From an uncultured SAR86 cluster bacterium (lineage in GTDB: Bacteria; Pseudomonadota; Gammaproteobacteria; Magnimaribacterales; D2472): a stretch of 64,000 nt of DNA. Both the position numbers and the translations under genes were made by a program. Positions within the stretch are counted from its first letter, which is position 1. Each line of letters begins with the position of its first letter. The notes under the pieces are model-generated. The model saw nothing but the letters and a program-made list of their open reading frames with translations. It searched no databases and was not told the origin of the DNA. Shown piece after piece: positions 44,285 through 53,793 of this stretch. The DNA is taken from contig OX044367.1 in NCBI GenBank assembly GCA_943846785.1, positions 260,276 through 324,275 of the forward strand, written 5' to 3'.

Positions 44285-45145
44285 ATGAAAGCTTTATTTT
44301 ATTTTTTAACTATTCTTCCCATAAGCCTCATAAGGTATTTAGTTGTTTTTATTATATTTTGCCGTCTTCATATAAAAAGTAATCTTTACAGAATAACACT
44401 TATAAATATTAATTTATGTTATCCAGACTTAGATGACCATCAAAAAATTAAATTAGCCAATGATAGCGTTATTGAAACTATTATTAGTGGATATGAATCT
44501 ATGCTTTCATGGTCCAGGCCAATCTATAAAGCTGGTAATAATATTTTTAAAGTAGAAAACAATTTTTTATTAACAAGAAATGTTTATAACAAACAAGGCT
44601 TAATAATAATTGCAATTCACAACCGTAGTGTTGATATGTTGCTTAAATGGATTAATTCAAAAACAAATACGACAACTCTTTATAAAAAAATAAAAAATAA
44701 AAAACTTAATAACTTTGTTCGAAAAGAGAGAGAAAATAATAAGAGTAAAACTTACGAAACCAATATGAATGGAGTTAGAAAAATATATAAATCTCTTCTA
44801 TCTAATCAAGTAGTTTGCTTAGCTGCTGATCAAGTTCCTCAGGCAGGCATGGGAGAATATATAAATTTATTTAATAGAGAAGCTTATACAACAACTCTCG
44901 CCTCTTCACTGGCAGTAAAAACACAAAAGCCTGTAATATATTGCTGTATGAATTCAGACCAAAGCAAGTTATGTATTACGTTAAGAACTTGTAATGATAG
45001 TATTTATAATGAAAGTAAGTGCACACTATCTATGAATCAGAGCATTGAAGATCTAATCAATATAAATCCAAAAGATTACTCATGGGAATACAAAAGATTT
45101 AAAAAAGCTCAGCCAAAAAATACTGATCCATATATTTATATTTAA
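44285..45145 (+). CDS. lipid A biosynthesis (Kdo2-lipid IVA) late acyltransferase-like protein, LpxL/LpxM family
   Basis: 286 aa. N-terminal TM helix, ININLCYPD block, HNRSVD (HX4D-like) and AADQ blocks as in HtrB/MsbB-type acyltransferases. Confidence 0.5.
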   Translation: MKALFYFLTILPISLIRYLVVFIIFCRLHIKSNLYRITLININLCYPDLDDHQKIKLANDSVIETIISGYESMLSWSRPIYKAGNNIFKVENNFLLTRNVYNKQGLIIIAIHNRSVDMLLKWINSKTNTTTLYKKIKNKKLNNFVRKERENNKSKTYETNMNGVRKIYKSLLSNQVVCLAADQVPQAGMGEYINLFNREAYTTTLASSLAVKTQKPVIYCCMNSDQSKLCITLRTCNDSIYNESKCTLSMNQSIEDLININPKDYSWEYKRFKKAQPKNTDPYIYI

Positions 45146-45146
45146 A

Positions 45147-46580
45147 TTATTTATTCCAAAAGGCAGGAGTTAACAAGACAAGCAAAGTAAAGATTTCAAG
45201 CCTACCCAAAATCATTGCAAAAGATAATATTAATTTGCCTGCTGGAGAAACAGATTGATAATTGCTAGATACATCACCCAGTCCAGGACCAAGATTATTT
45301 AGGCATGCTCCTATTGCAGAGAATGCAGACTCAAAATCCATTCCAGTAATCAGAAGAGAGAGAAAAAGTATTACGAAAGAAATAACATATATAGAAAAAA
45401 ATCCCCATACAGATGATGCAACTGAATCATCCACACTCTTGGTTCCTATCTTTAAACTTATCACAGCATTGGGGTGAATCATCTTTTTAAGAGTTATGTA
45501 TGCATAATTAATAATAATTAAAACTCTCCATGCCTTTACACCTCCTCCAACAGATCCTGAACAAGCTCCAATAAAAGCACCAATTAAAAGAAGAAATCCA
45601 ATTGACGGCGACCACCCAGAAGTATCACCAACCGAAAAACCTGTTGTTGTTATTATGGATACAGATTGAAACAAAAGCTCACTGGTAGAGGCATCACTAT
45701 TAAAGGAAAAGAAATTAATAGCTACTGTAATTATAAAAATAAGCATTATTACCGATATAAAAAACCGCAGTTCTGGGTCATAAAAGTATTTAAGTGGCTT
45801 TTTCATGTAAAAAGCAAAATAATGGAGGGTAAAGCTAAGAGCTGACAGCAGCATAAATACTATGCATACAGCTTCTATGGCGCTGTTATTAAAATATCCA
45901 ATACTAAGGTCGTGTGTTGAAAAGCCTCCAATAGAAACCGTACTAAGGCTATGAGAAATAGCATCAAACGCTGTCATTCCAGCAATAAAGTATAAAAAGG
46001 CACAGGCCAAAGTTAAAACTAGATATATTGCCCACAAGGCTTGAGCAGTTTCCTTGATCCTTGGAGTAAGTTTCTGATCATTCATTGCTCCAGGTATTTC
46101 AGCTTTATAGAGTTGGCCACCACCAATGCCCAAAAGCGGCATAACAGCTATTGCTAAAACAATTAAGCCCATTCCTCCCATCCACTGAAGAAGCTGTCTA
46201 TAAAATAAAATTGATTGAGGGAGCTCATCTAGACCAGATAAAACAGTTGCTCCTGTTGTTGTTATACCTGACATTGACTCAAAAAAAGCATCAACTAGCG
46301 ACATACCGCTCAAGTAAAAGGGTATAGAGCCTGCAGCAGAAAGGATTAACCAAAAAAAGGTAATTATTATAAATCCATCGCTTTGGCTGAGATCAGTAAT
46401 AGATCCTTTAGTGAGATACCACCCCAAAAGACCAAAAGTAAAAACAAGAACGAAGGTTGTAATAAAAATATTGAGACTTGTGTCCATATAAACCCATGAA
46501 ACAATCATTGGGAATATAAAAGAAGTGCTAAAAAACATTACAAGAATGCTAAAAAGGTTAATTATAGATTTAAGATTCAT
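45147..46580 (-). CDS. trkH: Trk system potassium uptake protein TrkH
   Basis: 477 aa, polytopic. Selectivity-filter-like TTTG/SIGG/TTTGFS/NLGPG repeats. Confidence 0.9.
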   Translation of the reverse strand: MNLKSIINLFSILVMFFSTSFIFPMIVSWVYMDTSLNIFITTFVLVFTFGLLGWYLTKGSITDLSQSDGFIIITFFWLILSAAGSIPFYLSGMSLVDAFFESMSGITTTGATVLSGLDELPQSILFYRQLLQWMGGMGLIVLAIAVMPLLGIGGGQLYKAEIPGAMNDQKLTPRIKETAQALWAIYLVLTLACAFLYFIAGMTAFDAISHSLSTVSIGGFSTHDLSIGYFNNSAIEAVCIVFMLLSALSFTLHYFAFYMKKPLKYFYDPELRFFISVIMLIFIITVAINFFSFNSDASTSELLFQSVSIITTTGFSVGDTSGWSPSIGFLLLIGAFIGACSGSVGGGVKAWRVLIIINYAYITLKKMIHPNAVISLKIGTKSVDDSVASSVWGFFSIYVISFVILFLSLLITGMDFESAFSAIGACLNNLGPGLGDVSSNYQSVSPAGKLILSFAMILGRLEIFTLLVLLTPAFWNK

Positions 46581-47935
46581 TATGAAGACTTAAATAATGC
46601 CTCAACTTCGCCCATCATGTTTTTATCTGATAAAAATACTATTAAGTGATCATTTAATGCAAGATCAACGCTTGCATTAGGCATTATTACATCGCCGTGT
46701 CTAATAATAGCTCCAATCGAACAACCTTCTGGTAAAGGAATATCCTTAATTGGGTTACCAAAAAGAGGGGATGTATATTCATTTGCATGAACTATGCCCT
46801 CTATAGCCTCTGCACCTAGATCTGTTTTTAGAATTACTTCTTGCGCCACATCGCTATCTCTTAGGTCTTGAAGCACTGAAGAAACAGTAAGTCTATAAGG
46901 GGCAATATAAATATCAATAAAACCAGGCACCAATCCAAGATACGATGGATTATTTAGAATAATCATGGTCTTCTTTGCACCCATTTTTTTTGCAAGAAGC
47001 GAAGACATAACATTTGTCTCATCATCGTTAGTTAAAGCACAAAAAAGGTCAATGTTAGCTATATTTTCACTTTTCAATAAACTTTCATCAGTTGCAGAGC
47101 CACATAAAACTATTGTTTTCTCTAAATCTCTTGATAAAGAGCTGCATCTATCAGCATTTGAATCAATTAATTTAACTTTGTATGTCTTTTCAAGATCTTT
47201 TGCTAATGAAAATCCTATTTTCCCACCGCCAACAATCATTATTCTTGAATAGGAGTCTTCATGATTTCTAAATTCTTCAACAATAGGCTCTATATTAGCC
47301 TCTGAGGAGATAAAATATACCTCATCATTCTCTTTAATAACCGTATCGCCTTGTGGAATAAAGGGCTTACCCTTTCTATATATTGAAGGAATATATGCAT
47401 CTACATTAGGGATATCATCTTTTATATGCTTTAGTTCTCTACCAACTAGCTTGCCTTTCTTCTTTGCCTTAACAGAGACAAGTTTAACTTTGCCCTCTGC
47501 AAATTCTTCAATTTGTTCTGCACCTGGATGTTTTATTAGCTCAATTAGATGGGAGGTAACCTCATTTTCTGGACTAATTGGAATATCAATAATCCCCTCA
47601 CCAAAAATATCTAATTGATTTATGTATGAGTCATCTTTAAATCTACAAATTGTTTTTTTAACATTAAATGCATTTTTAGAAATCTGACAAGCAATAATAT
47701 TTGCATCATCATTTGAGGTTACTGCAATTACAATTGTGTCTTCATCAAGACCTGATTTTTTTAAAGTAAGCAAAGATGAGGCATTGCCCTCAACTGTCAT
47801 TATGTCCAACTTATCTTCAAGATCTGAGAGCCTATCTTTATTTTGATCAACAATCAAAACTTGATAATTACTTTTAGACAAATTTCTTGCAAGGCTTCCG
47901 CCTATTCTACCGGCGCCTAGAATTACTATTTTCAT
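46580..47935 (-). CDS. trkA: Trk system potassium uptake protein TrkA
   Basis: 451 aa. Two Rossmann/RCK halves (MKIVILGAGRIGGSLA; IMIVGGGKIGFSLA). Confidence 0.9.
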   Translation of the reverse strand: MKIVILGAGRIGGSLARNLSKSNYQVLIVDQNKDRLSDLEDKLDIMTVEGNASSLLTLKKSGLDEDTIVIAVTSNDDANIIACQISKNAFNVKKTICRFKDDSYINQLDIFGEGIIDIPISPENEVTSHLIELIKHPGAEQIEEFAEGKVKLVSVKAKKKGKLVGRELKHIKDDIPNVDAYIPSIYRKGKPFIPQGDTVIKENDEVYFISSEANIEPIVEEFRNHEDSYSRIMIVGGGKIGFSLAKDLEKTYKVKLIDSNADRCSSLSRDLEKTIVLCGSATDESLLKSENIANIDLFCALTNDDETNVMSSLLAKKMGAKKTMIILNNPSYLGLVPGFIDIYIAPYRLTVSSVLQDLRDSDVAQEVILKTDLGAEAIEGIVHANEYTSPLFGNPIKDIPLPEGCSIGAIIRHGDVIMPNASVDLALNDHLIVFLSDKNMMGEVEALFKSS

Positions 47936-47991
47936 AATGAGTAAATTAAACCTCTTTTTAGCTAATTAAAAGGTTTCTGTAAAAATAATTT

Positions 47992-48912
47992 TTAAACAAA
48001 GAAACTTTTATAAGCATTAAAGGCATCAGAAGAGGAGATAATTTTTTTGCCTGGAAACTGTAAGTAAGTAATCACTATTACTTTAGTACTAGTATTTATA
48101 TATAAACCCGATGAATCAAATTTAAAGATATTTCCAGGCCTTTTAGATGAAATAATATCAGATACTGTCATTTCACAAATTTTAATTCTTATATCTTTAT
48201 AGTTAAAAGCCGTTCCTGGCCATTCATAATAGGCTCTAAATTTATTAAATATCTCTTCAGCTGGCGAATCAAAATTAACAATAGAATCACTTTTTTTAAT
48301 TTTAGAACAATAGGAAGCAAGATCATTATCTTGTTTCACATAACTAAATTTATTTATTTTTATTAAATCTAAAACCTCATTCAAATATCTTATAGACAGC
48401 AAACATAAATCATTTTCCAGTGAAATTTTATTATGATTTTGTTTAATCTTTAGCTCATATTTTTTGATAATATCGCCCTCATCTAAACCCTTAACCATTT
48501 TCATAAAAGTAACACCAGTATTTGTATCTCCATTCATAAGCGAAGTTTGAATTGGTGAGGCACCTCTATAAAGTGGAAGCAACGAGTAATGAATATTTAT
48601 TGGGACAATATTTGAAATTTCTAATAACCAATCTGGAAGAATCTTCCCATAAGCAGCAACCAAAAGAACATCAATATTTAATAACTGTATATCTTTAATA
48701 AAATTAGCATCATTAAGATCATTTGGCTTGTAGATCTTAATTTGATTAAGAGTTGCAATACTAGATACAGGCGACTCAGCAACTATCTTTCCTCTTTTTT
48801 GAGGCTTGTCTGGTTGAGACAAGACACCAACAACATTGAGGTCAGAGCATTCTAAGAGATGTTCTAATATTCTTGCTGATGGCTCAGGTGTACCTGCAAA
48901 CAAAATATTCAT
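47992..48912 (-). CDS. fmt: methionyl-tRNA formyltransferase
   Basis: 306 aa. MNILFAGTP..., NIHYSLLPLYRGASPIQ. Confidence 0.9.
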   Translation of the reverse strand: MNILFAGTPEPSARILEHLLECSDLNVVGVLSQPDKPQKRGKIVAESPVSSIATLNQIKIYKPNDLNDANFIKDIQLLNIDVLLVAAYGKILPDWLLEISNIVPINIHYSLLPLYRGASPIQTSLMNGDTNTGVTFMKMVKGLDEGDIIKKYELKIKQNHNKISLENDLCLLSIRYLNEVLDLIKINKFSYVKQDNDLASYCSKIKKSDSIVNFDSPAEEIFNKFRAYYEWPGTAFNYKDIRIKICEMTVSDIISSKRPGNIFKFDSSGLYINTSTKVIVITYLQFPGKKIISSSDAFNAYKSFFV

Positions 48913-48967
48913 TAAATTCTTTAATATACTACCTATTATACGTTAAGTTCTTCTAAATTCTTCTAAT

Positions 48968-49465
48968 TTACTTAGTAAGTTTTTTCCTTATTCTATCTCT
49001 TTTAATTGGGCTTATGTAATCTACCATTAACTTGCCCTCTAAATGATCCATTTCATGTTGAATACAGACTGTTAAAAGGCCATCAGGCTGCTCATGATGC
49101 AAGTTTCCCTTAAGATCCTGATAGGTTAAATCAATTTTATCTGGCCTGGATATGGTCTCATTAAAACCTGGAACTGATAAGCATCCTTCTTCAAAGGAAA
49201 ATAATGAGTGTTCATCAAGTATTTTATACTCTGGATTAACAAAATACATAGGCTCATCCCTAGCATCACTCAAATCCATAACAATTAATCGAATGTGATG
49301 ATCGACTTGAGTTGCTGCTAGACCGATCCCATTATCTTTATACATTATTTCTAACATGTCTTTTGCTAACGTTTCTAGACTTTTGTCGAATTTTGTAACT
49401 TTCTTTGCAACTGTCCTAAGCCTAGGGTCGGGAAACTTTAAAATTTTAAGAGTATTTGTTGCCAT
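48968..49465 (-). CDS. def: peptide deformylase
   Basis: 165 aa. Motifs GIGLAATQV, EGCLSVPG, QHEMDHLEG. Confidence 0.95.
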   Translation of the reverse strand: MATNTLKILKFPDPRLRTVAKKVTKFDKSLETLAKDMLEIMYKDNGIGLAATQVDHHIRLIVMDLSDARDEPMYFVNPEYKILDEHSLFSFEEGCLSVPGFNETISRPDKIDLTYQDLKGNLHHEQPDGLLTVCIQHEMDHLEGKLMVDYISPIKRDRIRKKLTK

Positions 49466-49518
49466 ATATTAATATTATTCATTATAATCTTACAATTATA
49501 ATCCACTTACACCAAAAT

Positions 49519-50016
49519 ATGACACATCAAACACAAGTTGCAATATTAATGGGCTCAGACTCTGATTTACCAGTTGTTGAAGCTATTTTTCCAATTTTAG
49601 ACTCTTTTGGGGTCAAATATACTAAAAATGTGCTTTCAGCGCATAGAACTCCTCATGAAGTAATGGATTTAATTAAAATATCAGAAAATAATGGATGTAA
49701 GGTATTTATAGCAGCTGCGGGCATGGCTGCTCATTTAGCTGGTGCTGTTGCCGCACATTCCACAAGACCAGTAATAGGAATACCAATTGAATCAGGCGGA
49801 ATGGGTGGTATAGACTCTTTATTATCAACTGCTATGATGCCTCCTGGTGTCCCTGTAGCAACTGTTGCTGTAGGTAAAAGTGGTGCCAAAAATAGTGCGA
49901 TTCTTGCTGTTCAAATTTTAGCAACATCTGATGATGATCTTTCAGCAAAATTAACAGATTATAAAAATAATATGAGAGATGAAGTACTCAAAAAAGATAA
50001 AGCTCTCAATTCATAA
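49519..50016 (+). CDS. purE: 5-(carboxyamino)imidazole ribonucleotide mutase
   Basis: ATG 49519 gives MTHQTQVAILMGSDSDLPV...SAHRTP...AGMAAHLAG. The ORF-track start at 49456 adds an implausible leader overlapping def. Confidence 0.85.
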   Translation: MTHQTQVAILMGSDSDLPVVEAIFPILDSFGVKYTKNVLSAHRTPHEVMDLIKISENNGCKVFIAAAGMAAHLAGAVAAHSTRPVIGIPIESGGMGGIDSLLSTAMMPPGVPVATVAVGKSGAKNSAILAVQILATSDDDLSAKLTDYKNNMRDEVLKKDKALNS

Positions 50017-50577
50017 TTGTCTTCCAAATCTTTAGATATAAATCAGTCTATAGATTGGCTAAATAGAGGAAATATATTAGCTCATCCGACTGAGGGCGTA
50101 TGGGGTTTGGGTTGCAATGCTTTTGACGAGTTAGCGTTCAAAAAAATATATGATTTAAAGAAAAGAGATAGAAAAAAAAGTTTTATTTTACTGGTTAATT
50201 CATATCAAAGCATTGAAAAATATATTACTAAAATATCAAAAGCTGATATAGATTATTTAAATGAATATTGGCCTGGACCTGTAACATTCCTTATACAATA
50301 TAATAACAATCTTCCAGAACATCTTCAAAATGAAACTGGAAAGATAGCAGTAAGAGTAAGTAATCACTTACCTATAAAAGCTTTAATTAAAGGATTTAAT
50401 GGAATTATGGTCTCTACTTCTGCAAACATATCAGGAGAGGCTATAATAAATGATCCTGAAAAAATAATGTTAACTTTTGATGATGATTGTACTGCCTTTT
50501 ATAATGAGGATTTAGGGAAGCTTAAAAAGCCTTCAAAGATAATTGATCTGACATCACGAGCAATAATTCGCAATTAA
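50017..50577 (+). CDS. tsaC: L-threonylcarbamoyladenylate synthase (TsaC/YrdC family)
   Basis: 186 aa, TTG start directly after the purE stop. ILAHPTEGVWGLGCNAF, WPGPVTF, STSANISGE. Confidence 0.8.
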   Translation: MSSKSLDINQSIDWLNRGNILAHPTEGVWGLGCNAFDELAFKKIYDLKKRDRKKSFILLVNSYQSIEKYITKISKADIDYLNEYWPGPVTFLIQYNNNLPEHLQNETGKIAVRVSNHLPIKALIKGFNGIMVSTSANISGEAIINDPEKIMLTFDDDCTAFYNEDLGKLKKPSKIIDLTSRAIIRN

Positions 50578-50579
50578 AA

Positions 50580-51485
50580 ATGACTAAAGACCTAGAACAA
50601 ATATTTACCAATTCTCAAAAAAAAGTTATTGATGCATTTTCTAAAATTGAGTCTTCAAAGAAAGCAAAAATAACCTTTGATAAATGGAAACGGCCAGAGG
50701 GTGGAGGGGGTCAAACTTTTGTAATTGAATCAGGTGCGTTTTTTGATAATTGTGCAGTTAATTTTTCTTCAATTTCTGGAAAAAAACTTCCAAAAGCTGC
50801 TCTTGGAAATGCCTTGGTAAAATCATCAAATAATGGATATCGAGCAATGGGCCTGTCTGTTATTTCGCACCCTAAGAATCCATTTGTACCATCTAGCCAT
50901 TTAAATATTCGACTTTTTTGCATTCTTGACAAAAATAAAAATATAAAAGAATGGTGGGCAGGTGGCGGCTATGATTTAACCCCATATATTTCATTTAGAT
51001 CTGACAATGTTAAGTGGCATAAGGATGCTAGAGCTTTATTAGATTCATATCACAAAAATTTCTATAAAAATTTCTCAAAAAATTGTAATGAATACTTTTA
51101 TATTCCACATAGAAAGGAAAGAAGAGGTGTTGGAGGTATATTTTTTGATAATTTTACTAAAATGGATTTAAACAAGACTATAGACATGCTTTCTAATATT
51201 GCAGATCAATATCTATCTTCATATTTGCATATTGCAAATAAAAGAAAAAAAACACAATTTACAAAAGAACAAAAAGATTTTCAGCTTTTAAGAAGAGGAA
51301 GATATGCTGAATTTAATTTAGTAAATGATAGGGGGACTGCTTTTGGCCTTCAGTCTAATGGGAGAATACAATCTATTCTTGCCTCCCTGCCTAAAGATGT
51401 TCAGTGGTCTTATAAAAAAGACCCATCTTATATAAAAATGGAAAAACAACTCTTAAAACATATCAATAGAGATTGGAATGTCTAA
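50580..51485 (+). CDS. hemF: oxygen-dependent coproporphyrinogen-III oxidase
   Basis: 301 aa. RPEGGGGQT, SVISHPKNPFVPSSHLNIR, WWAGGGYDLTPY, HRKERRGVGGIFFD. Confidence 0.9.
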   Translation: MTKDLEQIFTNSQKKVIDAFSKIESSKKAKITFDKWKRPEGGGGQTFVIESGAFFDNCAVNFSSISGKKLPKAALGNALVKSSNNGYRAMGLSVISHPKNPFVPSSHLNIRLFCILDKNKNIKEWWAGGGYDLTPYISFRSDNVKWHKDARALLDSYHKNFYKNFSKNCNEYFYIPHRKERRGVGGIFFDNFTKMDLNKTIDMLSNIADQYLSSYLHIANKRKKTQFTKEQKDFQLLRRGRYAEFNLVNDRGTAFGLQSNGRIQSILASLPKDVQWSYKKDPSYIKMEKQLLKHINRDWNV

Positions 51486-52296
51486 GAAATTTAAATTAGG
51501 CGTTGTTGGAAATCCAATAGAGCATTCACTATCACCTTTTATACATTCTAGGTTTGCAAGGCAAGAAAAAATTAATCTGGACTATCAAGCATATAAAGTT
51601 GAAATAGATAAATTTGAAATTTTTATAAATGATTTTTTTTCTGAATCATCAGCTATTGGGCTAAACGTTACCCTGCCATTTAAAAGTGTTGCAGCTAAAT
51701 TAACAGGTAATATCTCTGATGAGGCAAAACAAATAAATGCTGTAAATACAATTCTAAAAAAAAATAAAAATTACATGCTTGAATCTACTGACGGTATCGG
51801 ATTTATAGAAGATTTAGAGTCTAAGAAAATAAATTTAAAAAATAAGAATATTCTTTTAATTGGTGCTGGAGCAGCTATTGAAAGCATTCTTTATAGGATA
51901 ATTTTTGAGAATCCAAAATCTATTTTTATAAAGAATAGAACTATTGAAAAAGCAATATATTTAAAAGATAAATATGCTAGATACGGCTCAATAGATTTAG
52001 TTTCCAATACAGAAGACCCTTATGATGTAATTATCAATGGTAGCTCTGCTGGTCTCACTGGCAATTTCTTTAATCCAGGAGATTTAAGCCTTTCAAAAAA
52101 ACCATACTTTTATGACTTGAACTATTCACTAGATCAAACACCTTTTTGTAATTGGGCAAAAGGTTACACAGATGACGTTTATGATGGAACTGGTATGCTT
52201 GTTAATCAGGCAGCACAATCATTTAAAATTTGGTTTGGTGTTCTCCCATCAGTATCTCAGGTAACAAAAGAGCTTCAGAATTTAAAAAATGAGTAA
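51478..52296 (+). CDS. aroE: shikimate dehydrogenase
   Basis: 272 aa. GNPIEHSLSPFIH, LNVTLPFK, NTI...TDGIGF, GAGAA. Confidence 0.85.
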   Translation: MSKKFKLGVVGNPIEHSLSPFIHSRFARQEKINLDYQAYKVEIDKFEIFINDFFSESSAIGLNVTLPFKSVAAKLTGNISDEAKQINAVNTILKKNKNYMLESTDGIGFIEDLESKKINLKNKNILLIGAGAAIESILYRIIFENPKSIFIKNRTIEKAIYLKDKYARYGSIDLVSNTEDPYDVIINGSSAGLTGNFFNPGDLSLSKKPYFYDLNYSLDQTPFCNWAKGYTDDVYDGTGMLVNQAAQSFKIWFGVLPSVSQVTKELQNLKNE

Positions 52297-52489
52297 ATTC
52301 ATTCAATTTATAGCAGGGGCTGTTTGTCCATCTTGTAAAGCTCAAGATACAATCGCGATTAACACCGAAGATGATTTAATTTATTGTGTTAAGTGTGATT
52401 TCAAAGAAAATAGACCCGTGCTAAAAGAGAAAAATAATCAGTCTATAAATGTTATTAATATTGATGATTTCAAGGCCAGCAAAAGCTAG
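52289..52489 (+). CDS. yheV: YheV-family zinc-ribbon protein
   Basis: 66 aa. CPSC...CVKC four-cysteine ribbon. FIAGAVCPSCKAQDTI resembles YheV. Confidence 0.55.
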   Translation: MSKFIQFIAGAVCPSCKAQDTIAINTEDDLIYCVKCDFKENRPVLKEKNNQSINVINIDDFKASKS

Positions 52490-52621
52490 TAAAACAAGAG
52501 ACAAAAAGATATCATATGCAGCAAATTTATAGGGCAATTTTTTGTTTTAATTATATTAATAGCTTATAATACGTTATAAGGGAATTTTATTTTTATACAC
52601 ACTTTCACAGGACACACTTAA

Positions 52622-53767
52622 ATGTTACTTAAATATTTAGCAAAAATTCAATACATGATCATTGCAGGGGCGCTTTTAGTTACGAGTCCAATCAGAGCGG
52701 ACTGGTTTGCACTAAACATGACAAGAGGCATTACAGACATTAGTAATGAAGTATTTGAATTACACATGTTAATTTTTTGGATTTGTGTTGCTATTGGTGT
52801 TGTGGTTTTTGCTGTCATGTTTTATTCAATGTATGCCCACACTAAGAAAAAAAATCCAGTTGCTGCAACTTTTCATGAAAATACAAAAGTAGAGATTGCA
52901 TGGACAATAGTACCTTTTTTAATTCTTATTGCTATGGCGATTCCGGCCTCCAAGACTCTTGTTAAAATTTATGACGATGAGGCTGGTGATGTAAATATTC
53001 AAGTCACAGGATATCAGTGGAAGTGGCAATATAATTATTTAGAAGATGATATAAGTTTCTTTGCTAATCTTTCAACAGACCTTGATGAAATTTACAACCT
53101 TGTTCCTAAGGGAGAAAACTATCTTCAAGAAGTTGACGAAATGGTCTTAATCCCGGTTGGTAAAAAAGTTAGATTTCTAATAACCGCCAATGATGTTATT
53201 CATTCCTGGTGGATGCCTGACTTTGCTATTAAGCAGGATGCCATACCTGGATTTGTTAACACAGCATGGACTAAAGTAGACGTTCCCGGTATTTATAGAG
53301 GAAAGTGCACAGAGCTATGTGGTAAAAATCATGGGTTTATGCCAATTGTTGTTAAAGCTGTTGAACAAGATGAGTATGATCAATGGGTTTCGGAAAAGAA
53401 AGATGTTGCCATGAAGCTTGCTGAACTAACAACCAAGGAATGGTCCACACAAGAATTAGTTGAAAGAGGCGAAGAGGTTTATGCACTTAATTGCGTTGCA
53501 TGCCATCAGACAAATGGCCAAGGAATTCAAGGAATTTTTCCAGGTCTTGTTGGAAGTGAAATTGCTTTGAATGATAAAGAGAGACACATTGAGATATTAA
53601 TGGAAGGTGTTCAAGGTGCTGCTATGAATTCGTTTAGCTATTTATCTGAAGTTGAATTAGCAGCTGTAATTACATATACGAGACAAGCATGGGGTAACGC
53701 TGAAAATGGAGATGGCGAAATAGTTATTCCAAAAGATATAGTCGATTATAAACAACCAAAAATTTAA
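52622..53767 (+). CDS. coxB: cytochrome c oxidase subunit II with C-terminal cytochrome c domain
   Basis: 381 aa. CuA site HSWWMP...CTELCGKNHGFM and a C-terminal haem c motif CVACH. Confidence 0.9.
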   Translation: MLLKYLAKIQYMIIAGALLVTSPIRADWFALNMTRGITDISNEVFELHMLIFWICVAIGVVVFAVMFYSMYAHTKKKNPVAATFHENTKVEIAWTIVPFLILIAMAIPASKTLVKIYDDEAGDVNIQVTGYQWKWQYNYLEDDISFFANLSTDLDEIYNLVPKGENYLQEVDEMVLIPVGKKVRFLITANDVIHSWWMPDFAIKQDAIPGFVNTAWTKVDVPGIYRGKCTELCGKNHGFMPIVVKAVEQDEYDQWVSEKKDVAMKLAELTTKEWSTQELVERGEEVYALNCVACHQTNGQGIQGIFPGLVGSEIALNDKERHIEILMEGVQGAAMNSFSYLSEVELAAVITYTRQAWGNAENGDGEIVIPKDIVDYKQPKI

Positions 53768-53793
53768 AGAATTTAAAGAAGAGGATAGAAAGT

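Noticed and set aside
49456-49518. N-terminal extension of purE (MLPYINIIHYNLTIIIHLHQN) given by the ORF track
   Set aside because: The extension overlaps the def start region and is low-complexity. ATG 49519 yields the canonical PurE N-terminus.
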